A stretch of DNA of 64,000 nucleotides, taken from the NCBI GenBank assembly GCA_002269645.1, contig NIVC01000692.1:124001-188000 (forward strand), in the 5' to 3' direction. The DNA comes from Macrostomum lignano (Eukaryota). The first letter of the stretch is position 1. The number at the start of each line of letters is the position of its first letter. The position numbers were made by a program, and so were the translations under genes. The notes under the pieces are model-generated. The model saw only the letters and a program-made list of their open reading frames with translations, did not search any database and had not been told where the DNA came from. Positions 15,494-27,003 of the stretch are shown here, in pieces.

Positions 15494-17155
15494 TCCTAAT
15501 ACTAAAACTGACGCGATGTTTGTCTGTCTGTCTGTCTGTCTGTATGTAGCAAGTGAACTCCTACAATACTGCCAAGTCAGCGTCGAAACTTATATGGGAA
15601 AACTGCAAATTTTCCGGAGCAGGCTTTAGGCTATTTTAATTTTTAATTTTCACATTTTAACATCCCTAAAAAAGCAGAAAACTGCTTTTTTAACCCCCAA
15701 TAACCTTCTTTGGCCACTCTGACTGGGGCTGCAGCCAGTTTGTAAAAATAGCCACCCCAACCTCCGCCCGCGGGCCGCTGTGTATTGAGGGGTGGTGGGT
15801 GCGCGTGTTCTGGGTTCAATGCAAATAAAACCCCGCCTGTTGGGGGTTGAGTTAAATTTAATGATTCCCCCAGAACGGGGGTTGGGCTTGGGCTGAGTGT
15901 ACATAGCAGTTGTACAGTGTAAATAGATAGACTGTGTCGAGATTCATTTGGTTTTATTATTGGCAGCCCTGTGTATTAGTTTGGCAGTGAAATTCAATGA
16001 ATAAACTTGCGAGCTTCTCTAGCAAGCAGTCGGGAAATCGGTAAATTTCAAACGCTAACTGTTCCTCGAGTTTTAAACTTTGAGAGGAGAGACTTATATT
16101 GCTGGAAAGATCTTGCAACGCTGAGTTCGGGGATATAAGTTGTATGCTTTAAATATGAAAAGAAAAAGCACAGCATTTAAAAAACTATTTCCATACTTTT
16201 AACTTTCTGCAAAAATTGTACTCAGTTTTGCGAGACGTAATAGATAAAGTTGGGCGTATTGGAAGGGGGTCTGCCGCTGCGTATTGGAGGGTTGATTTAG
16301 ATTGCGCAACCGTTTATTTACTTTAAATAAGACTGATAGATTCATTTGGTTTTATTATTGGCAGCCCTGTGTATTAGTTTGGCAGTGAAATTCAATGAAT
16401 AAACTTGCGAGCTTCTCTAGCAAGCAGTCGGGAAATCGGTAAATTTCAAACGCTAACTGTTCCTCGAGTTTTAAACTTTGAGAGGAGAGACTTATATTGC
16501 TGGAAAGATCTTGCAACGCTGAGTTCGGGGATATAAGTTGTATGCTTTAAATATGAAAAGAAAAAGCACAGCATTTAAAAAACTATTTCCATACTTTTAA
16601 CTTTCTGCAAAAATTGTACTCAGTTTTGCGAGACGTAATAGATAAAGTTGGGCGTATTGGAAGGGGGTCTGCCGCTGCGTATTGGAGGGTTGATTTAGAT
16701 TGCGCAACCGTTTATTTAACTTTAAATAAGACTGATAGATTCATTTGGTTTTATTATTGGCAGCCCTGTGTATTAGTTTGGCAGTGAAATTCAATGAATA
16801 AACTTGCGAGCTTCTCTAGCAAGCAGTCGGGAAATCGGTAAATTTCAAACGCTAACTGTTCCTCGAGTTTTAAACTTTGAGAGGAGAGACTTATATTGCT
16901 GGAAAGATCTTGCAACGCTGAGTTCGGGGATATAAGTTGTATGCTTTAAATATGAAAAGAAAAAGCACAGCATTTAAAAAACTATTTCCATACTTTTAAC
17001 TTTCTGCAAAAATTGTACTCAGTTTTGCGAGACGTAATAGATAAAGTTGGGCGTATTGGAAGGGGGTCTGCCGCTGCGTATTGGAGGGTTGATTTAGATT
17101 GCGCAACCGTTTATTTAACTTTAAATAAGACTGATACTGTCTGACTGAGAAATGG
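15494..17155 (+). mobile_element. Helitron/HINE(DINE-1)-like non-autonomous element containing an internal triplication
   Basis: Starts A|TCCTAATACTAAAAC..TTTGTCTGTCTG; about 65 bp near its end (GATTTAGATTGCGCAACC..AGACTGATACTGTCTGACTGAGAAAT) is homologous to 37027-37092; no canonical CTAG end identified. Confidence 0.4.
15940..17136. repeat. Three near-identical tandem copies of a 398-399 bp unit
   Basis: Units start at 15941, 16339 and 16738 (GATTCATTTGGTTTTATTATTGGCAGCCC); the only difference noticed is a 1 bp indel. Confidence 0.97.
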
Positions 17156-17280
17156 TTTGCGCAATTAATTGATTCAATTAATTCAACACGCAGCTCTGGG
17201 CAGCTCTAACCCTAACCCTAACCAATGAACTAAGAGTTAAGTTCTTTTTGACAGAGAAAATTTCGATTGAGTCCAGTTTC

Positions 17281-17545
17281 ACGGAGTATTCTGATGGTTT
17301 TCGGTTTCACGGAGAGGATTTCTTTTTCGTGGAGAGAATCTAGATGTATTTCTGTTTTACGGAGACGATTTTGATGGATGTCAGTTTCACTCAGAGGATT
17401 TCCATGGAGCCCAGTTTCACGGAGAGGGTTTCTGTTTCGCGGAGAGGATTTCTGTTTCGCGGAGAGGATTTCTGTTTCGCGGAGAGGATTTCTGTTTCGC
17501 GGAGAGGATTTCTGTTTCGCGGAGAGGATTTCTGTTTCACGGAGG
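17281..17545. repeat. 20 bp minisatellite CGGAGAGGATTTCTGTTTCG, followed by a GA-rich purine tract to about 17830
   Basis: Visible periodicity. Confidence 0.9.
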
Positions 17546-19698
17546 GATTTTGGTATCTTCAGTCAGTCAGTAAAGAGAGTAAAGACAAGAGTGAAAAGAG
17601 AAGAGAGAAGAGATTATAGAAAAGAGAGTAGAGATGAGAGAGGACAGATTAGACATGACAGATGGGAGAGAAGAGGGGAGTAAGGCGGGAACGAAGAGGG
17701 AGAGAGAAGAAAAGAGGAGAGAGGAGATGAGAGGGAAGATATGAGATAGCAGAGGGAGACAGGAGAGATGAGAGGAGAGAAAAGAGAGGAGCTGAGAGTA
17801 GAGGAGAAAGAAATAGTGAGATGAGGCATGAGGGATGTGAAACGAAAAATTTATATGGGGTTTTCCCATATTATCGTTTCCTTCTGCCAACAGTTCAGGA
17901 AGACAACGAACAATGGACCTCGATGGTAACTTTCTCTGTGTGATCTCTAGAGTCACATTCTCAAACTTCAGGCGAGGATCTTTCCTCTTCAATCAGTATA
18001 TTTTATAAGCTAGCACACTGTACGCGAGCAACGAGGAATAGGAGCAGTAGGGAGAGAGAGTGGGATTTCGAGGCCCAATAGGCAGTGTCGGTCAGAGGTT
18101 GTGCATGCATCACGCGAGGGTCGCATGGCTGGGCTTCTTGCTCGCCGATCATCAGGACTATTTTTAGGCATGCAGATCTTGTGCATCTGGGGAGTTGCTG
18201 CCAAGGCTGGATGCTTGTTCACGCATCACGCGCGTGTCGGCTGATTTCTCCCATCCTCTTGCTAACGGCGCCTTCGTTTCACTTCAGATGTGAGATGAGA
18301 GAGGAGAGAAGAGAGGAGAGAGAAGAAAACAGGGGATAAAGGAGACAGGAGAGAAAGACGAAAGACGAGGGAGAAGAGATAAATAAGTTGGTAGAGATGA
18401 GAGACGTGAGAGGAGAGAAAAGAGAAGAGAGGAGACAGAAGAATCTGAGTCTGGACAATGGCAGTCAGTTTTTGCGAACAGGGAAAACAAGATATGGTAT
18501 TTGAAAGGCTTTACAGAGGATTTGGAGATGATTTGGAAGATGGGATTCAAGTCATGGAATTTCAGCTGATGGATTTCAGGGAATGGAATTCCGGTGATGG
18601 GAGTTCTTCCCCTTTCTCCTCCAGAGGAGGAGTTGGCCTCGTCTATATATAAAGCGATTTATCATGCAGCAAAATATTCAAATATGTACGATTTTAATAA
18701 CACGTATTAACAAAATAAAACTGTAAAAAAACGAGCCTTACTTTTTCCCTTACTTTTTTTAGTGTTATAAAAATCATTCAATCTACGTTATTATATAGTA
18801 ATGCAGCATAGAAACGTCAAATTTTGGGTTCCATAATGACTAAAGTTTGACGTTGATTTTTCAACCTACTTTCAACGAATATTTTACGTTACTTCTTTGC
18901 TATTTTACAGGCATAATTGAGCTAGCAAAATGATGACTATAAATGCATATTGACTCTGGCATCTAATTATGCAAAAATAAACTACAATATCAACGAAGAC
19001 GGGCTGGGGTGAATAGATTTGCGAAGGTAATTTTTGCGACGTCAACGCAACCGCAAATTGACGTCAAAATGCTACCCGGGGTAAATACTATAACTATCGG
19101 ATGAGCAGTTGCAGGTGCTCGTTCTTACCTATTTGGATTCGGTGAGCACAATTTCCCTAAACTACACGGAAAAAATTCAAAGCGAGATAGTAGCATAATC
19201 ACACTTTTGTCGGAAAGAGGTAACACTAGCTCACATGATAAATGTACAGTACATTTACAGTACTTTATAATTTTTGTATCTGTCTAGCTCTGTCTGTCTT
19301 AACATCAGCCGCCATCTCATTTCCCCGCCAGTACCCTGCTCCAGATCCAGCGTTCACCCGTGCCGTAATCGCCTCGCTGAGCTGGTTGGGCTTAACGCGG
19401 AGCAAAACCTGACGGCATGGCCAAGTCAAAGTCCATACAAGTAGTTGAAATTTGAATCACATACTAACAGTAGCGTCAATCTCGAATTGATCCGCAGATC
19501 TTTGGCCAGACTTATCCGTCCAGCTGTCCGGCTATAGGCTGGCCAACTTGGCAAACTCAGAGATCTGACGGACGCACGCAGAGCCGGCTTGACGAGCTGG
19601 ATGATCAAGCGGACGAGGCCTCCGCCGGGCTCTGCAAGACTTGACTTGAGGCCCGGGCGGACGCGCTTTGACGAAGCAGTTGTTTATCCATCTCAGGG

Positions 19699-19797
19699 GT
19701 AGGGTGGAGTAGATAGTGTAGGGTGGAATAGATAGTGTAGGGTGGAGTAGATAGTGTAGGGTGGAGTAGATACAGTAGGGTGGAGTAGATAGTGTAG
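19699..19797. repeat. 19 bp minisatellite GTAGGGTGGAGTAGATAGT, about 5 copies
   Basis: Visible periodicity. Confidence 0.9.
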
Positions 19798-21656
19798 GCT
19801 GTTGGAGTTCAGGGAGTTTGATATTTAGGGCTTTAATTGGGATATTTAGTTTAGGGTTCGCAAAAGAACTGGATAACCATGTCTTCTTTCTTATTTACCG
19901 CAGCCGACATGGCCATGGGCAAACCTATTCATGCACCAGCTTTCCTCCACAACTGCCTGTCCTTCGCTACTCTTCTTAGCCTCTCCATTGTCCATCCGGT
20001 CAATTATGGTTTCAGGTTATGTTCCCACTGCCTTTTCGGTCTTCTTTCACCTTCAATTTCTCCTTGAATTCAGACATTTGCCATGGCTCCCTTCCTCGTC
20101 TGATGTCCGTAATAGTTGAGCTTTCTCCGCTTGATGGTCGATTTCCTCCACAAATTCTGGTTCCTTTCCCAAATACCTCCTAGTATACGTGTTATGAAAT
20201 GTAGGGTTAAAGAAGCACAATTTCTGCTAAAACCTCGCTTTTCTAGAAAGCACGCGGCAGTCACAGCTCAAGAAGCTGCTGCAGCCGGTTTCGCTGACGA
20301 CTTCGGATGAAAAGGCCACGGAGGTCGGCTGGCCACCCAAGGGCCCAATGGGCGCGACGTTCACGCCGCTCGCACGCATGGTTCGTCGGCGAGGCTGCGC
20401 CGACTGGCACCGAGGCCGGCGGACCGAGGCAGCCGGGAAGCCCAGATGCGCAGGGTGTAAAATGCATGTACATGTATTGCGTTCTCTAATCTAGGGACCG
20501 CCAAACTTCACCTCAGATGAAGAACCTAGCTCATGAGAAGAACGGAGAGGAGATGTGAGAATAGGCGAGATAAGAGATAGCAGGCCAGATTGAGGGTGAA
20601 GTTTCGGCCGGAGGGACCCGATAGCCAGAGTCTGCCCCCTGGTTTAATCAATCAAGCCAAATAGCAGCAGGAGAAACAGCAGTCCTTTTAATTTCCTTCT
20701 TTTGCTTTGGAGATTTTTCCTTGCATTTTCGATGTACACATTAACATGCGCAAATACCTATGTCTTAAATACTCATCCAATCTATACCTGGATACAATTT
20801 ACAAGCCATTCGGCCTGCTCTTTCGTTCCAATCGGCTTTTTATTGGATTGAATTTTTTTCAATTTCTAGTCGAAAAAGTTCGAAAAATATGTAGAATGCT
20901 TTCTATCAAACATGTTTTCTGAAGCAGAAATTTTATTTTTTACTGAGATTTTACGGAGATTTTTACTGCTGTCAAAATTACCGCCAAAACAAACTGATCC
21001 AAAATTATTCAGATTGCATTAGAACATAGTTTTGCAGCACACAGAAATCAGAGAATACAAAGAAGAATGCGCTCAATGCCCATTAGGCCAGAACAGATAT
21101 TAAGTTCAGCGCAATCAGTCGCTGTCGCTTAGAAAGAGGCACTTTATTCCAACACGTAAATGTAAATAAAAACCAACCAATTTCAATGACTACTATTCCG
21201 AGTAGTACCAGAACGTTAGAATTTTTGGAATATAAACTTTACGGAAATAATTGTATTAACATTATGTTACTATTGCTATCAGTCCTGGCTTCAATGAAAT
21301 CCATGTGCACTGTGTAGCCAAGAGGAAATAGAAAAAACGCAAGATAAATAATCAATAAAAACAGCTTGTTTTGTGTGCGCCAGCGTTTCATAATTAAAAA
21401 AAGTGACGTAAATTTAACACAATCTGCAGATAACACGCGCCGGAATGACGAGCAACTCAGCGCATCTGAGTCCAGCTAGAACATGGAATATTCAGTCAGA
21501 GAAATAAAACAGCATCAAATTGGCAACGGCGGGTTAGTCAGCACGAGAACTCAAATGAGCAGAGAGAACAGCAAGAGCAGCAGAGAAAAGCGTGGCTTTT
21601 GTGACGCTGAAGTGAAATATACAAACAGAAACCCCGGTTAAATAGGGCAACCTTAC

Positions 21657-22050
21657 CGAACCTTCAGGGGTGCTTTCTCCACACCTTCACGGGTGCTTTC
21701 TCCACACCTTCACGGGTGCTTTCTCCACACCTTCAGGGGTGCTTTCTCCACACCTTCAGGGGTGCTTCCTCCACACCTTCAGGGGTGCCTCCTTCACACC
21801 TTCAGGGGTGCTTCCACCACACCTTCAGGGGTGCTTCCTCCACACCTTCAGGGGTGCTTCCTCCACACGTTCAGGGCTCCACACCTTCAGGGGTACTTCC
21901 TCCACACGTTCAGGGGTGCTTCCACCACACTTTCAGGGGTGCTTCCTCCACACCTTCAGGGGTGCTTCCTCCACACCTTCAGGGGTACTTTCTCCACACC
22001 TTCAGGGGTACTTCCTCCACACGTTCAGGGGTGCTTCCAACAGACCCTTA
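21657..22050. repeat. 23 bp minisatellite CCACACCTTCAGGGGTGCTTCCT, about 16 copies
   Basis: Visible periodicity; explains ORFs at 21670-22118. Confidence 0.95.
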
Positions 22051-22494
22051 GGGCTGTTACCCCAGACCTTCAGAAGCAGGTAGAATATCTGAGACCAGTA
22101 TTAATTAACGCACAGTAAGTAATTGCAAATTTCTGAAATGATATGAATAACTCACCAGTCAAAGTGCCAGTTTAGTAGGTACAGAAGGAATTACAAACAT
22201 CAATGTCAAACAAAAGTTTATAGGCAAAGTATTTCAATAAAGAATTCAATTCTACAATCAGAAGTGAAAAGAGTAATCTTTAAAGGAAAAAATACATTTA
22301 GTAAATCCCACTGCGCTTACAGGGAAACAGATTTGGGGTGCTTCGTCAAGGGCTTTGCATTTGCACAGCCAAATAAAAGCGCACTGTTATAGCCATGAGA
22401 GCTCCAATAAACCGCTGTTTTAAAAGAAAACTGAAGGTAATTTTACACTCTGCGGTTCGCGCAATACAAGCACTCGACCAAAACTCGAATTGGA

Positions 22495-22725
22495 ATTTGG
22501 GTCATTGACTCATGGGAATTTGGGTTATTGACTCATTCGAATTTAGGTCATTGACTCATGAAATTTGGGTCATGACTCACTGAATTTGGGTCATTGACTC
22601 ACTGGAACTACGGTCATTGACTCACTGGAATTTGGGTCATTGACTTACTGGAATTTGGGTCATTGACTCATTGGAATTCGGGTCATTGACTCATTTGAAT
22701 TAGGGTCATTGACTCAATCGGAATT
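22495..22725. repeat. 22-23 bp minisatellite GGTCATTGACTCACTGGAATTT(G), about 10 copies
   Basis: Visible periodicity. Confidence 0.9.
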
Positions 22726-23001
22726 AAAGAAATCGTAATTAGGGTTTTTTTAGTTGCTTATTGGCAAAACGCATCAGACTTTTTAGACAATGAGTAAGTT
22801 AAATTTGTAATAGAGATCTTATACAGAAAAAGAAAATAAACTCACTGGAATGGTCATTTTTACAGACAACAAAGCCAGAGAGACGGTACTGGACTATAAG
22901 AGCAGTACTAATTAACCTTGATAGGAATTATTAATCGCTGAGAGAAGGCAACAAAATGAATATTGAAATAAAAAACTGCAGAGAAATCGCAGACTGGCCA
23001 A

Positions 23002-23341
23002 TTAAACGCCCCTGGACCGTTTACTTCCGGGCCAGGCGCCCCGAACGCAGGTGTCCTTGCGCCACCACTGCTCAATATCGCCGTAATTGAAGCTACTAAG
23101 CTCGGCCTCGTGAGCCATCATGCACAATCGGCACCAGAAGAAGGCGTTGGTATCAACTAGCCCTGTGCCTTTCCATTGAAAGTACGTATTATACTTGCTA
23201 TCGTCTTTGTCTAGCTCGTGCAGATAATCGGCCAAGTGCTTGGGACTAGTGAAGTTGTCAACGTGCAGGAAGCTGTTTAGCGGAGCAACGTCAATGTAAT
23301 CCTGCATCCGGGCGCCCATCACTATGGGCAGGATGTCGTGA
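23002..23341 (-). CDS. FucTA: Alpha-1,3-fucosyltransferase (GT10) exon 4 of 4: HDILPIVMGA..APLNSFLHVDNF..YFQWK..FWCRLC
   Basis: Phase-2 acceptor cccgcag|T CAC; TAA at 23002-23004; joined CDS 184+749+158+340 = 1431 nt = 476 aa plus stop. Confidence 0.93.
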
Positions 23342-23571
23342 CTGCGGGCCATGGTGGTCAGCGCGGCAATGAGCTTGCTTAAAGGCTGGAAATGCGTTCC
23401 TACCGGTCTGGTCAGCGGGGCTGCCCATAGACTATCGCTGCCAGTCTACCACTCGTTTCCGGCCAAGAGGGCGCTTTGTCTATGCGGGCATTTAACTGTA
23501 CATTACAATGTACATTGCAAAACGAGCTAGACGACCAGCTATAGCAAACATTAAACGGGAGCACGACTATC

Positions 23572-24032
23572 GACTGCCAGCCTTTTGACCACTAGCCACT
23601 TGACTGCCAGCCTTTTGACCACTAGCCACTTGACTGCCAGCCTTCTGACCACTAGCCACTTGACTGTCAGCCTTTTGACCACTAGCCACTTGACTGCCAG
23701 CCTTTTGACCACTAGCCACTTGACTGCCAGCCTTCTGACCACTAGCCACTTGACTGCCAGCCTTCTGACCACTAGCCACTTGACTGTCAGCCTTTTGACC
23801 ACTAGCCACTTGACTGCCAGCCTTTTGACCACTAGCCACTTGACTGCCAGCCTTTTGACCACTAGCCACTTGACTGCCAGCCTTTTGACCACTAGCCACT
23901 TGACTGCCAGCCTTCTGACCACTAGCCACTTGACTGCCAGCCTTCTGACCACTAGCCACTTGACTGCCAGCCTTCTGACCACTAGCCACTTGACTGCCAG
24001 CCTTTTGACCACTAGTCACCCACTTGACTGCC
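23572..24032. repeat. 30 bp minisatellite CCTTTTGACCACTAGCCACTTGACTGCCAG, about 15 copies, in FucTA intron 3
   Basis: Exact 30 bp periodicity; explains three 10-aa-periodic ORFs. Confidence 0.97.
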
Positions 24033-24384
24033 GACGATCTAGAATAGGGCTAGGTTTCAGGTTTTGGGTTAGGATTATGAGACAAGTAAATGGCTGGCAG
24101 TGAATTTGTCGTAGACTTACTGTGGATAGAAGTACACTAGGTGTATATTGTCATGTGGTCAGCGGTCATATAGTTTTACTTATAATAAAAATAACAGGCC
24201 TGTCTTCAAGGACTGCGCGTGGTCAGTTATTGTTCTGGCGGCTATTCTATGATCAGCGTTGCCGCATGAGGCTCTGTAGAACTTGCCAATCTGACTCAGA
24301 CTACAACTCACTTGTAATAGCTAGCTTATAAATGACAAAACTTAATTTCTGCTTAACCACTCTATCCAAAGCAATGCAACTCAC

Positions 24385-24542
24385 CTCAGTCCATTGAGAA
24401 AGAACTTCTCAGTAATATAATTCCAACAATTGGAATTCTCAAATGCCAAATAGAATTTGTATTCTTTCTCGAGCAGGCGAAAGCACTCGCCGGATCTCGA
24501 ACGGGAGCACTGGTGCGTGCCGCAGCCGCCGTAGATGTCAAC
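24385..24542 (-). CDS. FucTA: Alpha-1,3-fucosyltransferase exon 3 of 4: VDIYGGCG..YKFYLAFENSNCWNYITEKFFLNGL (missed by the ORF track)
   Basis: GT10 alpha-1,3 motif; catcag|GTT acceptor and AG|gtgagt donor; 158 bp with phases 0/2 fitting both neighbours. Confidence 0.95.
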
Positions 24543-25000
24543 CTGATGATTCAGTTGCAATAATAATATGCTATTTGTTATTTAAATGTAAGCAGGGCCA
24601 GTTAAAAAAATTTCAGACACAGCTCGTTGATTCATGGATTCCTCTAGCTAGCAAAAAACATAGGAATTTGAATTGGTGCCACTTCATGGCCAGGATGACA
24701 TGGCTCATAGGCTTGGGGTTTCAGGTTTGCAATCAGATGTCTATGGTCAAAACTGTGCGGATAAAGCATATGAAGAGAATCTGTTCCGCCTACTCGATCA
24801 GGCCTCAAAACCATGGCCTCTTATGGAAAAAATCCGAGCTAAAATTTCTGTCTCCAATCCAGACGTTAGCTAGAGAAGTCCATGAGTCAATTGCTGTTTG
24901 TGCTTTCTCAACCGCTCGATTAGAGCGAGTCAATACACCTTTTACCGTTCAATTTCGCAGTGGTAAAATTACCGTCAGATTTGACAGTTTTGACATAGAT

Positions 25001-25245
25001 TAATTAATTGCGTGGCGCATCTGAAGGCTGCGTACGGCGGTTCAGTCCAAGGACTGGGGGGTCGCCACACACACCCTCAATTACCCCAGCTAATGCTGGC
25101 ACCCATTTTTCAGCTGGGTGAACTGAAGCAATGCAGAGTTAAATGTCTTACTCAAGGACACAAATTGTTCCAGTGGGATCGGGAATCGAACCCCTGACCT
25201 TCAAGTCTGAGTTCGATGCTCTAACCACTAGGCAACAACCCCTCC
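25001..25245 (-). mobile_element. tRNA-derived SINE in FucTA intron 2
   Basis: On the - strand: A-box TGCCTAGTGGT, B-box GGTTCGATTCC, then TGTGTCCTTGAGTAAGACATTTAACTC..CAGCTG..AATGGGTGCC typical of SINE2 central domains; ends in AT-rich ATTAATTA. Confidence 0.8.
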
Positions 25246-25457
25246 ATAGACCATAGACAAAACTAGTTGCGCTAGCGCCATTAACTTAAGATCACGCAGG
25301 GAGCAGAGCAGCTGGCCATGGTGAATTGTGTAAGAAAATTGGCCTGAAGTCTGTTGTGTAATTCAACAGTTTACGCCTATGAGGGTCAGCACCCGGAGCA
25401 CAGAATGTGCACTGCCTGACAATGAGAAAGTAACCTGTCTGACAATCAGCAACTAAC

Positions 25458-26206
25458 CTGAATATGCTTGCCCAGCTCCCTGGCGTACTCCAGCCGGCCG
25501 TTCTGAGCTCCGCAATTAGACACAAACCAGGCCACTTTCTTAGTCTTGCCACTTGCATAGTTTTTAGTCTGCGTCTTGACAAACACATTGTGCACGTAGG
25601 GCGTGAATTTATAATACGGAGCCACTATCACAGAGTCGCTGCGATAAGTAGCCGTCCAATTCACTTTGCCAGCAAATCCGTTTAGCGAAGGCGTGTGATG
25701 GGGCGACTCCAGAAAGTACACGGCCCAGATCTGCTTGGCCGGCCGCTTGTGAAACGGATTAAACACCGAGTGCTGCCACATGATCACATCGGCAGTGGCC
25801 GCCTGACTCCGGTCTCCAGTCATGATGCAATCGCTAACGGGACAATTATCCCGTTGGAACCTTTCCCTACCGTTGCCTTCTCCGCCTAAACCGTTATAAA
25901 GCAGGATAGTTTTAGTCCGAGATTTCCCCGTAGCCGCGTTTACTGGCACGTAGCGCATCTGGTTCCAGATTCGATCCCTGGCCCTCACCGGGTAGCTAGC
26001 CGGCACCTCGTTCGGATAGATGGCCAGCATAGTGGTCTCGTTGAATTCGGGAAACTTGAAGTTGCCCTGCACGCGAAACAGATTGTCCAGCAGGCGGCCG
26101 CCGCCGCGTACAGTTGGATAGGCAGATCTCGATGCGGATGACTTTGGATTGTTGCTATGGCCTGCTGGCGCGGCCTGCACTGCAGCTGGCTGAGCGGCGG
26201 CGGCGC
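25458..26206 (-). CDS. FucTA: Alpha-1,3-fucosyltransferase exon 2 of 4: RDRIWNQMRYVP..KTILLYNGLGG..NWTATYRSDS..KTKKVAWFVSNC..
   Basis: Close match to recalled insect FucTA motifs; donor CAG|gttag; phase-1 acceptor at 26206 (an in-frame alternative exists at 26233). Confidence 0.92.
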
Positions 26207-26434
26207 CTGGAATGCCATTGCAGATTATAGTAGCTATAGGGAGTCGGGAGTTAAGCAGAGCTGCTGGGGTTAGTGCGCATAATTATTGGGACTACTGTAA
26301 ATACGTCGTAATTGCAGACTCAAAAGTCGCTTCAGAATGCATTGGCAAGATAGAAAATTTTTAGTTTTTTAGCACTGATTCAACACAACTGATCTCGCGT
26401 GTGCACATTAAAAACTACCCTGAATATTACTCAC

Positions 26435-26618
26435 CCTCATGCTTATCGCGCCCCGCCAGCTTTCCTAGCGAGCCAGACTCCGGTTCATTGGCCTGCACCC
26501 GCCGTGGATCTGACGCGGGCCGTTGAGTAACAAACAGCAGATGGTGCAGGTTGAGCACAACGGCAAATGTGATGGCCAGGATTAGGAAGCGGGTATAGCT
26601 GTCCGCCTGTCTGGCCAT
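26435..26618 (-). CDS. FucTA: Alpha-1,3-fucosyltransferase exon 1 of 4: short cytoplasmic tail plus type II transmembrane anchor (FLILAITFAVVLNL)
   Basis: ATG at 26618; G|gtgagt donor; hydrophobic anchor as expected for a Golgi glycosyltransferase. Confidence 0.88.
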
Positions 26619-27003
26619 AGCGCCGGGACACCCTGCGGCTCTCTCTGATAAGTGCTGGTGCTACAGTTGCTGCACTGTCTCGGCGCTGCAGCGAGACTGA
26701 AACAGATATTCAAGAGTTTTTATACCTACAAGCCTGTATTTCAACACATTCGTGCAGCTGTTGCTTCTACCTGGTAATTGACACGCTATTAGACTTAGCA
26801 TTAGTCACGTGACTTCTCTTAGCCAATAGCGACTCGCATGCGTGTATGTCCAATCTGAACTGATCTAAACATATTACCCTATAGCCAATACTATCACAAG
26901 GTCCCTTCGTAGGTTATCACAATATCCCACATGTTAAAAATGGAAACACATCCTAACCTACCCTGAGGTCCAACCCTAACTAAGCAAATCTTTTTCCCTA
27001 AAC

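Larger units (their letters stand above)
13179..19080. mobile_element. 5.9 kb non-autonomous DNA transposon with CCC...GGG termini (CACTA/CMC-like)
   Basis: Perfect 11 bp TIR CCCGGGTAGCA at 13179 and TGCTACCCGGG ending at 19080; 3 bp direct repeat GTA on both flanks; clustered subterminal GACGTCAAAAT/TGACGT repeats at both ends. Confidence 0.72.

Noticed and set aside
23551-24103. Three 150-172 aa ORFs with 10-aa periodicity
   Set aside because: A stop-free 30 bp repeat inside FucTA intron 3
24673-24873. Plus-strand ORF with DVYGQNC..LFRLLD resembling the FucTA exon 3 start
   Set aside because: Wrong strand, no FENS motif, and the true exon is at 24385-24542; treated as coincidence
25170-25245. 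tRNA gene
   Set aside because: It has A and B boxes but no acceptor-stem closure and continues into a SINE body
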